Assembly: GCA_036689405.1 (NCBI GenBank)
Contig: CP144815.1
Location: 159,073-223,072 of the forward strand
Source of the DNA: Candidatus Stammera capleta
Lineage (GTDB): Bacteria > Pseudomonadota > Gammaproteobacteria > Enterobacterales > Enterobacteriaceae
Length of the DNA stretch: 64,000 nucleotides
Reading direction: 5' to 3'
In this document: positions 36,404-55,255 of the stretch, one piece after another
Layout of the letters: the number at the start of each line of letters is the position of its first letter
How positions within the stretch are numbered: position 1 is the first letter of the stretch
The notes under the pieces: generated by a model
What the model was told of the DNA's origin: nothing
The model's database searches: none
Seen by the model: the letters and a program-made list of their open reading frames with translations, nothing else
Program-made: the position numbers and the translations under genes

Positions 36404-37411
36404 TTAATAATTAATACCTATATATTTATATATATTATAAATATTATTTTTAGCTATTTTTTTAGCTTTTAATTTTCCATTTAATAAAACTTTTTTTAAA
36501 AAATTTTTATTTTTTCTAAAATAAACATATTTTTTTTGTAATTTTTTTAAAAAAATATTTAATTCATAAATAAATAATTTTTTAAATTCTTTATATGAAC
36601 AATTAATAAATTTATTTTCTAATTTAGAAATAGAAATATTTTTTATACTAGAAAATATATTTAATAAATTAGATATACCAGGTTTTTTTATTTTATCATA
36701 TAATATTCTAGGAGGAAATTGAGAATCAGTTAAAGAATTATTAATTTTATTTTTTATTTCAATACTATTATCTAATAAAAAAATAACATTATTTTGATTA
36801 ATATCTGATTTAGACATTTTTTTAAAAGGATTACATAAAGACATTATTTTAGAACCATTTTTAGATAAAATATAATCAGGAATAATAAATATATTCTTAG
36901 AATATAATTTATTAATTCTTTTAGCAACTAATCTAGTTAGTTCTAAATGTTGTATCTGATCATAACCTATAGGAACATAACTAGTATTGTATAATAATAT
37001 ATCAGAAGACATTAATATAGGATAATTTAATAAACCACAATTTATATTGTTATTATTTTTACTTTTAATTTTATCTTTAAATTGCGTCATACGATTTAAT
37101 TCACCAACATATGTATAACAATTTAATAATCAATAAAGTTTCATATGTTCTATAATATGAGATTGTAAAAAAATAGCACAATTCATTGGATTTATTCCAA
37201 TAGATAATATTATAGATAATAAATCATAAACATTATTTTTAATATTAATTTTATTTTTTGTATTAGTTAATGCATGTAAATCAGCAATACAAAAAAAACA
37301 ATTATATTTATTTTGACTATATAATCAATTTTTTAATACTCCAATATAATGACCAATAGTTAATTTTCCTGTAGGTTGTATAGCACTAAAAACATTTTTT
37401 TTAATAATCAT
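36404..37411 (-). CDS. trpS: Tryptophanyl-tRNA synthetase
   Basis: [23 protein letters not shown](TGA)...FFCIADLHALT...GYDQIQHLELTR...KMSKS. The N-terminal part is joined to track ORF 36404-37090 in the same frame. ~335 codons. Confidence 0.93.
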
Positions 37412-37413
37412 AT

Positions 37414-41625
<4,212 letters not shown>

Positions 41626-41661
41626 AATTAAATATTCCTAAAAAATTATAATAAATATATT

Positions 41662-45681
<4,020 letters not shown>

Positions 45682-45702
45682 ATAATTTTATCCATATATA
45701 AC

Positions 45703-46074
45703 TTATTTTAAAATAACTTTAGCACCAACTTCTTCTAAAGATTTTTTTAATAAATTTGAATCTTTCTCTTTAATTTTATTTTTTATTAATACAGGACATG
45801 ATTCTACTAAATCTTTAGATTCTTTTAAACCTAAATTCAAAAAATTACGTATTATTTTTATTACTGCAATTTTATTATTACCTATAGAATCTAAATATAA
45901 ATCAAATTCCTTTTTTTTAATTTCTTTAATTTTAGTTTCATTAATATTACTATTTAATTGATAATTTTTAGAATCTATACCAAATTTTTTTTCTATATCA
46001 TTAATTAATTCTATAATTTCAATTAATGTCATAGATGAAATTTTATTTAAAATCTCTTTATTATTTTTTTTCAT
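45703..46074 (-). CDS. rplL: 50S ribosomal protein L7/L12
   Basis: Uninterrupted 123-codon ORF. C-terminal domain KIAVIKIIRNFLNLGLKESKDLVE...EEVGAKVILK. It lies between rplJ and rpoB. Confidence 0.95.
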   Translation of the reverse strand: MKKNNKEILNKISSMTLIEIIELINDIEKKFGIDSKNYQLNSNINETKIKEIKKKEFDLYLDSIGNNKIAVIKIIRNFLNLGLKESKDLVESCPVLIKNKIKEKDSNLLKKSLEEVGAKVILK

Positions 46075-46077
46075 ATA

Positions 46078-46578
46078 TTAAACCTTAAATTTATTATTTT
46101 TAATAATTAATAAAATATATAAAAATCTAATTATAGAAATATTCTTAATATAATTAACTAAATATTGTAATGAACTTTTAACATTATTTAATAATGAAAT
46201 TTTTTTATGAAAATTATAATCAACTATTTTTTTATTTATACAAATAGCGCTTAATTTAATTTTATCTTTATATTTTAATAAAAATTTTTCAAAAACTAAA
46301 GAAGGATAACTATAAGATTTTAAAGAATAAAATATTAATATAGAACCAATAATTTTACTTTTTAAAATTTTTAAATTTAATTTATCTAAAACTATTTTAA
46401 ATAAATTATTATGTATTACAGAAATAAAAAATCCTTTTTTATTACTATTTTTACGCAAAAAAACTAAATCATTTGATTTTAATTTATTAAAATTTATAAT
46501 TAATATAGATAAACAATTATTTATTTTATCTAACATATTAAAAATATATTTTTTTTTATTACTTAAATTTAATGACAT
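46078..46578 (-). CDS. rplJ: 50S ribosomal protein L10
   Basis: 166-codon ORF in the canonical rplA-rplJ-rplL position. The sequence is highly diverged, so the call rests mainly on synteny and size. Confidence 0.85.
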   Translation of the reverse strand: MSLNLSNKKKYIFNMLDKINNCLSILIINFNKLKSNDLVFLRKNSNKKGFFISVIHNNLFKIVLDKLNLKILKSKIIGSILIFYSLKSYSYPSLVFEKFLLKYKDKIKLSAICINKKIVDYNFHKKISLLNNVKSSLQYLVNYIKNISIIRFLYILLIIKNNKFKV

Positions 46579-46593
46579 TAATAATCCTAAAAA

Positions 46594-47241
46594 TTAATTT
46601 AAATTAATAATATAACCTTTTCCCATTGTACTAGATATACTAACTTTTTTTATAAAAATATTACTATTAATTTTATTTAATTTATTTAATAAAATAGAAT
46701 TTATTAAATAAAAAAAATTAGTAAATAATTCTTTATTAGAAAAATTAATTTTACCTATACTTAAATGAATAATTCCATATTTATCAGCTTTATATATTAT
46801 TTTACCTTTTATAAAATCAGAAACAGTATTTCTTATATCATTAGTAATAGTACCTAATTTTAAATTAGGCATTAATCCTTTAGGACCTAATATATACCCC
46901 AATTTACTTACAATATTAATATAATTATAACTACAAATAACTAAATCATATTTAATTTCATTATTTTTAATTTTATTAAACAAATCATTATTACCAACAA
47001 AAAAAGCACCAGCTTTATAAGCAATTTTAAAATTCGATTCATCAGTAAACACAACTATTTTTTTTTTACTTTTATTACTATAAGGTAATAATAAACTTCC
47101 ACAAAAATTTTGATTAATATTTTTACAATCTAATAATAGATTTATATCAACATCTATTGATTCAACAAATTTCTTTTTAGAATTTTTTTTTATTAAATCA
47201 AATATTTTTATAATTTTCTTTTTATTTTTTTTTATATTCAT
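46594..47241 (-). CDS. rplA: 50S ribosomal protein L1
   Basis: KKKFVESIDVDINL, GSLLLPYS, DLVICSYNYINIVSKLGYILGPKGLMPNLKLGTIT, YGIIHLSIGKINF, IKKVSISSTMG all mirror E. coli L1. ATG 47241 is chosen rather than the track start 47289, which would run through the rplK 3' end. Confidence 0.93.
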   Translation of the reverse strand: MNIKKNKKKIIKIFDLIKKNSKKKFVESIDVDINLLLDCKNINQNFCGSLLLPYSNKSKKKIVVFTDESNFKIAYKAGAFFVGNNDLFNKIKNNEIKYDLVICSYNYINIVSKLGYILGPKGLMPNLKLGTITNDIRNTVSDFIKGKIIYKADKYGIIHLSIGKINFSNKELFTNFFYLINSILLNKLNKINSNIFIKKVSISSTMGKGYIINLN

Positions 47242-47248
47242 AATATAT

Positions 47249-47677
47249 TTAATCTTTAATTTTAATTCCCATAGAAATAGCAGTACCAATAATTGATTTA
47301 TAAATAGAACTTAAATTACAACTATTTGTATCAAAACATTTTATTTTAGCAATTTTTAAAACAGAAGATTTTTTAATATATCCAATAATATCATGACCAG
47401 GTTTTTTTGAACCAAAATTAATAGATATTTCTTTTTTAATTAAATATGAAACTGGAGGACTTTTAATAATAAAAGTAAAACTACGATTAGAATAAACTTT
47501 AATTATAACTGGTATAGGAATACCTTTTTCTAAATTAGAAGTTTTTTTATTAAATAATTTACAAAACTCCATAATATTAACACCTTTTTGTCCTAAAATA
47601 GGTCCCACAGGTGGACTAGGATTAGCCATTCCAGATAAAACTTGTAATTTTATATATGTATATTTTTTTTTAGACAT
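47249..47677 (-). CDS. rplK: 50S ribosomal protein L11
   Basis: Uninterrupted [38 protein letters not shown] is the classical L11 N-terminus. Confidence 0.96.
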   Translation of the reverse strand: MSKKKYTYIKLQVLSGMANPSPPVGPILGQKGVNIMEFCKLFNKKTSNLEKGIPIPVIIKVYSNRSFTFIIKSPPVSYLIKKEISINFGSKKPGHDIIGYIKKSSVLKIAKIKCFDTNSCNLSSIYKSIIGTAISMGIKIKD

Positions 47678-47703
47678 GTTTTTTATTTCATTTATTTAAA
47701 AAA

Positions 47704-48252
47704 TTAATAATCATTTTTTTCTACTTGAGAAAAATCTAACTCTACAGGAGTAGATCTACCAAATATTAAAACAGATACTTTTAAACGATTTTTATCATAA
47801 TCAATTTCTTCAACAGTACCACTAAAATCACAAAAAGGACCATTATTAATTCTAATTAATTCACCATATTCAAATAAAATTTTCGGTCTAGGTTTTCCAC
47901 TTATTTTATCTAATTTATCTTTTATAATTTTAATTTCTTTTTCACTAACTGGAAAAGGATTTCCTAAATCACCTCCAATAAAACCAACTATTTTAGGTAT
48001 ATTACGAATTAAATATCAATTTTTATTATTCATTATCATATTAATTAAAAAATAACCCGGAAAAAATTTTTTTCTACTTTTCTTTCTAATACCATTTTTT
48101 ATTTCAATAACTTCTTCAGTAGGAATTAAAATTTCTCCAAAATCATCTTCTAATTTATATAATTTTATATAATCTTTTAAAGATTTTATAACTTTATCTT
48201 CAAAATTAGAAAATACTTGAACCACATATCATAATTTTTTTTTAATATCCAT
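47704..48252 (-). CDS. nusG: Transcription termination/antitermination factor NusG
   Basis: MDIKKKLW(TGA)[13 protein letters not shown]...[34 protein letters not shown]...W(TGA)[15 protein letters not shown]...KPRPK...[50 protein letters not shown] is near collinear with E. coli NusG. Confidence 0.95.
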
Positions 48253-48262
48253 AATATTTTAT

Positions 48263-48610
48263 TTAAAAATTTAAATTATTAATAACAGAAATTATATATA
48301 ATATAATTTTATCAATTAATCAAATAATAATTGAAATTAGAAAACTAAATAAAAAAATTATAATAACATTTCTATTTACTTCTTTTAAAGAAGGTCAAAT
48401 AACTTTTGAAATCTCTAATTTTGATTTTTTAAAAAAAATAATAATATTTTTAATAAAATTTATTTTCTTAAATAAACAAAGAAATAAATATGAAAAAAAA
48501 AATTTTAGAAAAAAATTAAAATAAAAATTATATTTATATAAAAAAAAATTATATAAAAATAATAAAATAAATGACAAATATAAATTTGTCTTCCTTAAAT
48601 AAGTATTCAT
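48263..48610 (-). CDS. secE: Preprotein translocase subunit SecE
   Basis: Hydrophobic N-terminal part, then SKLEISKVIW(TGA)PSLKEV..., the conserved SecE segment (E. coli EVRKVIWPTRQET), plus a final TM helix. It lies upstream of nusG. ~115 codons. Confidence 0.85.
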
Positions 48611-48669
48611 TAATATTTATAAATTAAATTGTTAATAATAAATTTACTTTAAAATTATATATTATATAT

Positions 48670-49692
48670 TTAAAAAATAACTTTAATTTCTAATTCTAAT
48701 AAAATATTAAATTTATCAAATACTTTTTTTTTAATAAAATTAATTAATTTAAATATATCTTTAGGTAAAGCATTATCAATATTAACAATAATTAATGATT
48801 GTTTATCATATATTTTAGCTTTACCAATAGTATAACCTTTTAAATTACACTTATCAATCAATAAAGCAGCAGGTAATTTAATATATTTACTAAAAAAAAA
48901 ATATTTTATTTTACTAAAAATTTTATAATACTGTTTCTTTAATTTTAAAAACTTTTCTATATTTAAAATAGGATTTTTAAAAATACTTCCTACATTTCCT
49001 AATATTTTATAATTAGGTATTTTAATATTCCTTAAATTTAAAATAACATTATATATATCTATAGGATTTATATTTAAATTTTTTAAATCAAAAAAATATA
49101 ACAAATCTTTATATAATAAACAAGGTTTTCAATCCTTTTTAATTTTTAATATTACATTTATTATTATATATTTTTTATAAAAAAAATTTTTAAATATACT
49201 ATATCTATAAGAAAAAAAACATTCATAATTTTTAATATAAAATGATAATCCCGAATATATATCTAAAACTTTTACATATAATACAAAATCTTTAATCTCA
49301 CAACCATAAGCACCTATATTATTTATTACTGCAGCACCAATAGTACCAGGAATTTGCGATAAATTTTCTAATCCAAAAATACCATTATTAAACGAAAAAT
49401 CCACTATATTAGATCATAATTCACCTGAATTTATACTTAAAAATCAAAAATTTATATTTTGATAAATTTTAATACCTTTAATTCTATTTATAATAACAAT
49501 ATCATAAAAATCATTCATTAATAATACATTACTACCTTTACCTAACAATATTATTTTATTATTATTTTTAATACAAAAAAATATAATTTTTTTAAGTTCA
49601 TAAATATTATAAATTATATAAATTTTATTAGCATAAACATTAACATTAAAAGTATTAAATTTCTTTAAAGAATTATTATTATTATTAAACAT
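48670..49692 (-). CDS. murB: UDP-N-acetylenolpyruvoylglucosamine reductase
   Basis: Three track ORFs are in one frame. [41 protein letters not shown] (E. coli [26 protein letters not shown]), IPGTIGAAVINNIGAYG, GSIFKNP. ~340 codons. Confidence 0.9.
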
Positions 49693-49701
49693 AATTATTA
49701 T

Positions 49702-50157
49702 TTAATTTAAAATTAAATTTTCTTTTCAAATATTATAAAAAAAAAATCTTTCATATACTAACATAATTATATAATCATCATTTTTTTTATGATTAAAATT
49801 TAACAAATGTAAAAAACTATGTATTAAAAGATAAGAAAAATAAAATAAATATTTCATTTTTTTAAATTTAGATTTTTTATATATTTCAACTGGACATAAA
49901 ATAATATCTCCTAATAAATTATTTTTAATATTTCAATAATAAGAAAAAGATAATACATCAGTAACACAATTTTTATAATTATATTTTTTATTTAAAAAAA
50001 TCATTCTTTTATAATCTAATATAACTATACAAACAAATTTTTTAATATTAAAAAATAAATAAATTTCCCTTAAAATTTTATAAAAAAAATATTTATTAGG
50101 AACTAATTTAAAATTTTTATAAAAATAAACTATATTAAAATTTAATTTATTTATCAT
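49702..50157 (-). CDS. ybeY: Endoribonuclease YbeY (16S rRNA maturation)
   Basis: TDVLSFSYYW(TGA)...LGDIILC and the metal motif LLIHSFLHLLNFNH (H..H.LHL.G.DH type). It lies downstream of ybeZ as in E. coli. ~151 codons. Confidence 0.85.
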
Positions 50158-50169
50158 AAATACTATCTA

Positions 50170-50859
50170 TTAATTATGTTTTTCATATCTATTATATGCT
50201 TTTATAATATCTCCAACAATATTAGAACGTATAATATCATTAATATTAAAATACACAATACCTACATCTTTTAAATTCTTACAAATTTTAATAGCATGTT
50301 TTAAACCAGAATAAACATTTTTAGGTAAATCTATTTGTGATATATCTCCATTAACAACAACTTTAGAATTAAAACCTAAGCGTGTTAAAAACATTTTCAT
50401 TTGAGAAATAGTAGTATTTTGAGCTTCATCTAATATTATAAAACAATTATTAAAAGTTCTTCCCCTCATATATGCTAAAGGAACAATTTCTATAATATTA
50501 TTAAATATATATTTTTTATAAAAATTTGAACCTAAAATTTCAAACAAAATATCATACATAGGTGATAAATAAGGATCTATTTTTTGATTAAAATTTCCAG
50601 GTAAATATCCTAATTTTTCTCCAGCCTCAACAATAGGTCTAGCTAAAATAATCTTATTAACTTTTCTTTTTTTAAAAAAATCAATTGCTGAAACTGTTGC
50701 TAAATATGTTTTTCCAGTTCCAGAAACTCCCACACCAAAAGTTATAATCTTACTTAAAATATTATTTAAATATAATTTTTGTACTTTATTTTTAGGTTTT
50801 ATAAAACAAAACTTAGTTTTTAAAAAAAAATTACATTTTTTTTTTATATTATCTAACAT
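50170..50859 (-). CDS. ybeZ: PhoH-like ATPase YbeZ (short form, 229 codons)
   Basis: Uninterrupted ORF. Walker A GVGVSGTGKTYLA, ILARPIVEAGEKLGYLPG, AYMRGRTFNNCFIILDEAQN. miaB-ybeZ-ybeY synteny is preserved. Confidence 0.9.
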   Translation of the reverse strand: MLDNIKKKCNFFLKTKFCFIKPKNKVQKLYLNNILSKIITFGVGVSGTGKTYLATVSAIDFFKKRKVNKIILARPIVEAGEKLGYLPGNFNQKIDPYLSPMYDILFEILGSNFYKKYIFNNIIEIVPLAYMRGRTFNNCFIILDEAQNTTISQMKMFLTRLGFNSKVVVNGDISQIDLPKNVYSGLKHAIKICKNLKDVGIVYFNINDIIRSNIVGDIIKAYNRYEKHN

Positions 50860-50870
50860 AAATTTAATAA

Positions 50871-52202
50871 CTATAAAATAAATCCATATAATGAACTATT
50901 CTTATTCTTTAATATTTTTACATCTATTATTTTACCTATTAAATTACATCTATCACTTTTAAAATAAACAATCTTATTATTTAAACAACGACCATAATAA
51001 TAATTATTTTTTTTAGTATATCCTTCTACTAAAATTTTTTGTACAGTTTTTAACATATTTTTACTTCAATAAATAGAATTCTTATTTAATAAAGATTGAA
51101 TTTTATTTAATCTATTTTTTTTTACAAATATAGAAACATTATCTTTCATTTTATACGATTTTGTTCCTTCTCTAGGAGAATAAATAAAAACATAACTATT
51201 ATCAAATTTTATTTCTTTAATTAAATCTAAAGTTAATTTAAAATCTTTATCATTTTCAGATGGAAAACCAACTATAAAATCTGAACCAAATAACATATTT
51301 GGTCTTATACTTAATAATTTATATATAATATTTTTATAATATTTTATATTATAATTTCTTCCCATAATATTTAAAATTCTATCAGACCCACTTTGAACAG
51401 GTAAATGTAAATAATTAACTATTTTAGAAATATTTTTATAACATAAAATTATATCATCTTTAAAATCTAAAGGATGACTACTAGTAAATTTAATCCTTTT
51501 AATTCCATCAATCTCTGAAATTAAATTTAATAAATATGAAAAATTACATTTTTTACCATTAGATAAATAACTAAAATAAGAATTTACATTTTGTCCTAAT
51601 AAATTAACCTCACATATACCATTAGAAACTAAATAATTTATTTCAGAAATAATATCTTTTGGAGAACGACTTATTTGTCTACCTCTAGTAAAAGGAACAA
51701 CACAATAAGAACAAAATTTATTACATCCTTCCATAATAGTAACAAAAGTATTATATAAATAATTATTATTTTTATTTATATAAAAAATATTTTTATTTAT
51801 ATTTTTAGAAAAATTTACATTAACTATTTTTTTTTTATTTTTATAAAAATTTTTAATTAAAATAGGAATATCTTTAATATTTTGTGTTCCACAAACAATA
51901 TCTATTATTTTCCATTTTAATAATAATTTATCTTTTTCTTTCGAAGCAATACAACCACAAACAATAATTAATAAATCATTTTTCTTTTTTTTAAATTCTT
52001 TAATTTGATTTAAATAAGAATATAATTTATATTCAGCTTTTTTTCTAACAGAACAAGTATTTAAAATTATTATATCTGAATCAAATCAAGAATTAACTAA
52101 AAGATACTTTTCGGATGAATTAAATAAATATGAAATAATTTTATCAGAATCATATTTATTAATTTGACATCCTCATGTTTTTATATATAAATTTTTACAC
52201 AT
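50871..52202 (-). CDS. miaB: tRNA-2-methylthio-N6-dimethylallyladenosine synthase (radical SAM)
   Basis: LYIKTW(TGA)GCQINKYDS, ILNTCSVRKKAE, and the radical-SAM cluster motif MEGCNKFCSYCVVP. Track ORFs 51066-51734 and 50871-51056 are in one frame. Stop is TAG (cta 50871-50873). ~443 codons. Confidence 0.92.
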
Positions 52203-52234
52203 ATTATTAAATAATAAATACCAATATTTTTAAA

Positions 52235-52307
52235 TAGCTATGATGGGAATTGAACCCATGACCTCAGCGTTATGAATGCTGTGCTCTACCAACTAAGCTA
52301 CATAGCC
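52235..52307 (-). tRNA. tRNA-Met (anticodon CAU; elongator type by resemblance to E. coli metT), no encoded CCA
   Basis: Reverse complement: GGCTATGTAGCTTAGTTGGTAGAGCACAGCATTCATAACGCTGAGGTCATGGGTTCAATTCCCATCATAGCTA. It folds as a cloverleaf with a CAU anticodon. It lacks the initiator features (no 1:72 mismatch, no GGG/CCC anticodon stem). A lysidine-modified tRNA-Ile2 cannot be fully excluded from sequence alone. Confidence 0.8.
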
Positions 52308-52313
52308 TTTTAA

Positions 52314-52384
52314 CGGGGGTACCAGGATTTGAACCTGGGATCTCGGGATCAAAACCCGATGCCTTACCACTTGGCTATACCCCA
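52314..52384 (-). tRNA. tRNA-Gln (anticodon UUG), no encoded CCA
   Basis: Reverse complement: TGGGGTATAGCCAAGTGGTAAGGCATCGGGTTTTGATCCCGAGATCCCAGGTTCAAATCCTGGTACCCCCG. It is very close to E. coli tRNA-Gln, with a U1/C72 unpaired first pair. Confidence 0.9.
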
Positions 52385-52390
52385 AAAAAT

Positions 52391-52471
52391 TACGGAAGAC
52401 GAGATTTGAACTCGTATACAATTAAGTACTAGATTCTAATTCTAGTGCGTCTACCATTTCGCCACTTCCGC
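52391..52471 (-). tRNA. tRNA-Leu (anticodon UAG, reads CUN), long variable arm, no encoded CCA
   Basis: Reverse complement: GCGGAAGTGGCGAAATGGTAGACGCACTAGAATTAGAATCTAGTACTTAATTGTATACGAGTTCAAATCTCGTCTTCCGTA. Anticodon stem CTAGA/TCTAG carries loop AT-TAG-AA. This matches the leuW type, and its neighbours Gln and Met match the E. coli metT-leuW-glnU...metU cluster beside miaB. Confidence 0.88.
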
Positions 52472-52514
52472 AATATATTTTATATAAAAAATAAATATAT
52501 TATATAATAATATC

Positions 52515-53387
52515 ATGAAAAACAAACTATTTTTATATTTATTAAAATATTGTAAAAATTTATTTAAAAAAAATAATATATATTATGGTCATAATACTTA
52601 CAATTATTTATCAGAAACAATACATTTATTATATTCAATTTTAAATATTAATATAAATAAAAAATATAATAAAATAAATAATATATATATAAATAAAAAA
52701 AAAAAAAAAAAAATAATTAAATTAGCAAAATTAAGAATTAAAAAAAGAATACCTATTGCATATTTAACAAAAAATACATGATTTTGCAAAAAAAAAATAT
52801 ATATAAATAGAAATGTTATAATTCCAAGATCTCCAATTTCAGAAATAATAAATAAAAAACTAATAAAATTAAAAAAAAAACCTAAATATATTTTAGATTT
52901 ATGTACAGGAAGTGGATGTATAGCTATAGCATGTTCATATCTATATCCTAAATCTTATATAGATGCTTCTGATATTTCAACTAAAGCTTTAAAAGTAGCA
53001 AAAAAAAATATTTTTTTACATAAAAAAAATAAACAAATAAAAATAATAAAATCTAATTTATATAAAAATATAAAAAAAAAATACGATTTAATAATATCAA
53101 ATCCACCTTATTTAGGTAAAAAAGATATAAAATATTTAACAAAAGAATATTATTATGAACCTAAAATAGCATTAATAACAAAAAAAAATGGATTATATAT
53201 AATACAAAAAATAATTAATCAATCATATAATTTTTTAAATAAAAAAGGATACTTAATATGTGAAACAGGGCATCAAAAAAAAAAAATTATAAAAAATAAT
53301 AAAAAAATAAAATTTAAATGATTTAATTTAAGTAATAAAAATAGTAAAGTTTTTTATATAAAAAAAGAAAATTTAAATTTTAAATAA
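52515..53387 (+). CDS. prmB: Ribosomal protein L3 glutamine N5-methyltransferase
   Basis: RIPIAYLTKNTW(TGA)FCKKKIYINRNVIIPRSP ~ E. coli PrmB [30 protein letters not shown]. SAM motif LDLCTGSGCIAIA and catalytic ISNPPY are present. Stop is TAA 53385-53387. PrmC/HemK is a less likely alternative. Confidence 0.8.
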
Positions 53388-54179
53388 TTTAATAAAATTA
53401 TTAAAACAAATTTTTAATATATAATTAAAATTTATATTTTTTAATATAGATATTTTTTTAATTATTAAAATAATTTTACTTGGATCATTTTTTTTATTTC
53501 TATAAGGAACTGGAGTTAAATAAGGAGAATCCGTTTCAATTAATAATCTATCTAAAGGTATATATTTTATAATATTTTGTAATAAAAAATTATTTTTAAA
53601 TGTTATTAAACCCGATAAAGATATATATAAACCTAAATCTAAAAATTTACATAAAATATTTTTATCAGAATAACTATAACAATGTAATACAGCGCCAAAA
53701 TATAAAATATTAAATTTTTTAAGTATATTTAAAGTATCTAATCAAGATAATCTAGAATGTATAATACATGGCTTTTTATATTTAGTTGATAAATATAAAT
53801 GATACATAAATATTTTAATTTGTTTATTTTTATCAAAATTATTATTATTAATATCTTTATAATCTAATCCACATTCTCCAATAGCTATAACATTATTAAA
53901 TAAAATAATTTTTTTTAAAAAATATAAATCTTTTTTTTTTATATCTTTAATATATAAAGGATGAATTCCACAAGATAATTTAATTATATTTTGATTTATA
54001 TAAGATAACATAGAATATATACAAAAAAAATTTTTAATACTAACAGAAACTGATAATATATATTTAATTTTTTTTATTTTTAAAAAAAATAAAAAATCAT
54101 TTACATTTTTAAAAGAAAAATAATTAAAAATTTTATCAATATGACAATGAGAATCAAATAAATACATTAAATTATCCAT
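53373..54179 (-). CDS. ycfH: TatD-family metal-dependent DNase/hydrolase YcfH
   Basis: LFDSHCHID, SCGIHPLY, IAIGECGLDY, PCIIHSRLSW(TGA)LDT, GAVLHCYS, LGLYISLSGLITFKN, IPLDRLLIETDSPYLTPVPYR are collinear with E. coli YcfH. It follows holB as in E. coli. Stop is TAA (tta 53373-53375). Confidence 0.9.
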
Positions 54180-55185
54180 TATTATTATTATTATTATTAA
54201 AATTAATTAGTAAAAAATTTATTAAATCATATAATAAAATATTCTTATTTATATTATTAATATTTTTAATAACTGATAAACAAAAAATAATTTTATTTAA
54301 TATTAAATATATATTATTTATATTAAAATATTTCATTTTTTTTTTAAAAAAATAATATAAATCTAAATTATACAAATATTTAACAATTTTATATTTATAT
54401 TTTATAAAATCTAAAAAAAAAGTAATTAATATATATAAATTAATTTCTAAATTATTATTATTTATATTTTTTACAATACTATTTATATTTAATTTATTTA
54501 AATTTAATATTAATTTAATAATACTATTTCTAATAAAAATATTTTTTTTAATTCATATTAATGAATCAATTAAAGAATTATTACTTAATCTAATACAAGA
54601 TAAAATAATTTTTTTACATATATTATTATCATTAATAAATTTATTACATAAATATTTAAATATAATTTTTTCTTTAGGAAATTTAATTCTTAATATAAAT
54701 GATCTACTTAATATAGTATTAGGTATAATAATGTCATTTAAACAACTAAATATAAAAATAAATTTACCATTATTTTCTTCTAATATTTTTAATAAAAAAT
54801 TATTAATATAATAATTATTAAATTTAAAATTATCAAAATATACTATTTTAATATTATTAATATTAATATTAATTAATAATTTATTATATATTTCTTTTAT
54901 TAAATTAATATTTATATTATTATTATTAATATAATAATAATTAAAACAATTTTTATTTCTTAATGAAATACAATTTAAACATTTATTACATGATAAATAT
55001 TTTTTTTTATTATTACAAAAAATTCATTTAATTAAACTAAATATTAGAATATTAATATGTAAATTACATGAATATTTAAAAATAAAATTAAAAATTTTTA
55101 ATTTATTAATATTAAAAATATTTACTATATTAATATAATAATTTTTAAATCAAGAATAAATAATATTTTTATTATATTTAATCAT
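54172..55185 (-). CDS. holB: DNA polymerase III delta' subunit
   Basis: One frame runs from ATG 55185 to TAA (tta 54172-54174). Features: a Cys-rich segment CNNKKKYLSCNKCLNC (E. coli C..C..CRGC zinc module), NNFLLKILEE (LLKTLEEP), and SRSFILRIKF (SRC sensor). It lies upstream of ycfH. The sequence is very diverged. ~337 codons. Confidence 0.75.
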
Positions 55186-55255
55186 TTTAATATATTATAT
55201 ATTATATATATAATAATATATATTATTATAAATTTAAAATAGGAATTAAAAAAAT

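Noticed and set aside
47242-47289. The track's longer rplA start ([21 protein letters not shown]...), which overlaps the rplK 3' end.
   Set aside because: The extension has no counterpart in L1 proteins and runs through the rplK stop. ATG 47241 gives an N-terminus that aligns with E. coli L1 (..KKFVESIDVDINL).
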